A stretch of DNA of 64,000 nt from a bacterium. GTDB lineage: Bacteria > Myxococcota_A > Bradymonadia > UBA7976 > UBA1532. The number at the start of each line of letters is the position of its first letter. The stretch's first letter is position 1. Under the pieces are notes generated by a model. It was not told the DNA's origin. It saw only the letters and a list, made by a program, of their open reading frames with translations, and did no database searches. Shown here in pieces: positions 63,445 to 64,000 of the stretch. Position numbers and translations under genes: made by a program. The DNA lies in assembly GCA_030427205.1 (NCBI GenBank), contig JAUHXC010000011.1, positions 108,016-172,015 of the forward strand. The letters are read 5' to 3'.

Positions 63445-63460
63445 CGCCGCCGGAGGCTCC

Positions 63461-64000
63461 ATGGATCTCGCCGACCGCCTGCTGCTCTTCGCCGATGTGG
63501 TCGACGCGGGCGGCTTCTCCAAGGCCGCCGCCCGGCGGGAGACCAGCCACTCCACCGTCAGCAAGCACCTCAAGGCCCTCGAGGCCGAGCTGGGGGTGCT
63601 GCTGCTGCAGCGCACCTCGCGCACCATGCGCCTGACCGACGAGGGGCGGCTGGTGCTGGCCCACAGCCGGCGCATCGGCGATACGCTCGCCGCGCTGCGG
63701 GCCGAGCTCGACGACCTGCGGGGCGCGGTGCGCGGCGTCGTGCGGGTCAGCAGCCTGGTGCACCTGGGCCGGCACCTGGTCCAGCCGGCGGTGGCCCGTT
63801 TCCTCACCGCGCACCCCCGCGCGCGGGTCGATCTGACCCTCGACGACGGGCCGCTGCACTTCAGCCGCGACGGCCTCGATGTGGCGGTGCGGGTCGGCCG
63901 CCGGGCCGAGGGCAGCCTGATCGCGCGCAAGCTGGCCGACAACCCGGTGTGTCTGGTGGCGGCGCCGTCGCTCGTGGCGCGCTGCGGGCCGCCGACCCAC
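63461..64000 (+). CDS. LysR family transcriptional regulator (3' end cut by the window edge)
   Basis: CGGAGG Shine-Dalgarno then ATG. The HTH region is LLLFADVVDAGGFSKAAARRETSHSTVSKHLKALE, and a LysR substrate-binding region follows. No stop is reached before position 64000. Confidence 0.85.
   Translation, partial: MDLADRLLLFADVVDAGGFSKAAARRETSHSTVSKHLKALEAELGVLLLQRTSRTMRLTDEGRLVLAHSRRIGDTLAALRAELDDLRGAVRGVVRVSSLVHLGRHLVQPAVARFLTAHPRARVDLTLDDGPLHFSRDGLDVAVRVGRRAEGSLIARKLADNPVCLVAAPSLVARCGPPTH

Overview
This is a 64-kb, roughly 70% GC chromosomal segment with an extreme G/C third-codon-position bias. It is almost certainly from a Myxococcota genome. The lineage evidence is a MYXO-CTERM sorting tail, many MopE-type CxxCNGxDDDCDGxxDE cysteine repeats, eukaryotic-like Ser/Thr kinases and numerous lipoproteins. 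I support about 58 protein-coding genes and saw no rRNA, tRNA, CRISPR array or transposase. Most long ORFs in the six-frame track are Arg/Gly/Pro-rich antisense artefacts of the high GC content and are rejected.

The recognisable content, in order along the window:
- a GT-C (PMT/ArnT-like), Dpm1-like GT2 and flippase-like glycosylation module;
- the clpS-clpA operon followed by a secreted HEAT-repeat protein;
- a tightly overlapping operon of a Ser/Thr kinase, two small c-type-cytochrome-like lipoproteins and a Cyc2-like monoheme cytochrome-porin;
- a 1245-aa MopE-repeat lipoprotein followed by a CPBP protease;
- TrmH and GH31 genes coupled by a GTGA overlap, a pterin-4a-carbinolamine dehydratase, a deoxynucleoside kinase, and bfd-bfr;
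- a lipoprotein in which a Hint (bacterial intein-like) domain is fused to an alpha/beta hydrolase;
- three tandem AIM24/TIGR00266 paralogs;
- an SLH plus C39-like peptidase protein with an atypical low-GC3 tail;
- a translationally coupled block of two SAM methyltransferases, an O-antigen-ligase-like gene and an orphan gamma-class N6-adenine DNA methyltransferase;
- a SorC-like regulator whose upstream region is a striking AT-rich island containing tandem palindromes;
- a VWA protein with a MYXO-CTERM tail;
- a ~0.5-kb array of degenerate ~42-bp repeats;
- a 620-codon secreted-protein frame split by a single in-frame amber codon;
- a divergent LysR regulator / hydrolase pair with a perfect LysR-box palindrome.

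Feature coordinates derived from the ORF table are exact. Coordinates of motifs and repeats that I read directly from the sequence may be off by 1-2 nt.
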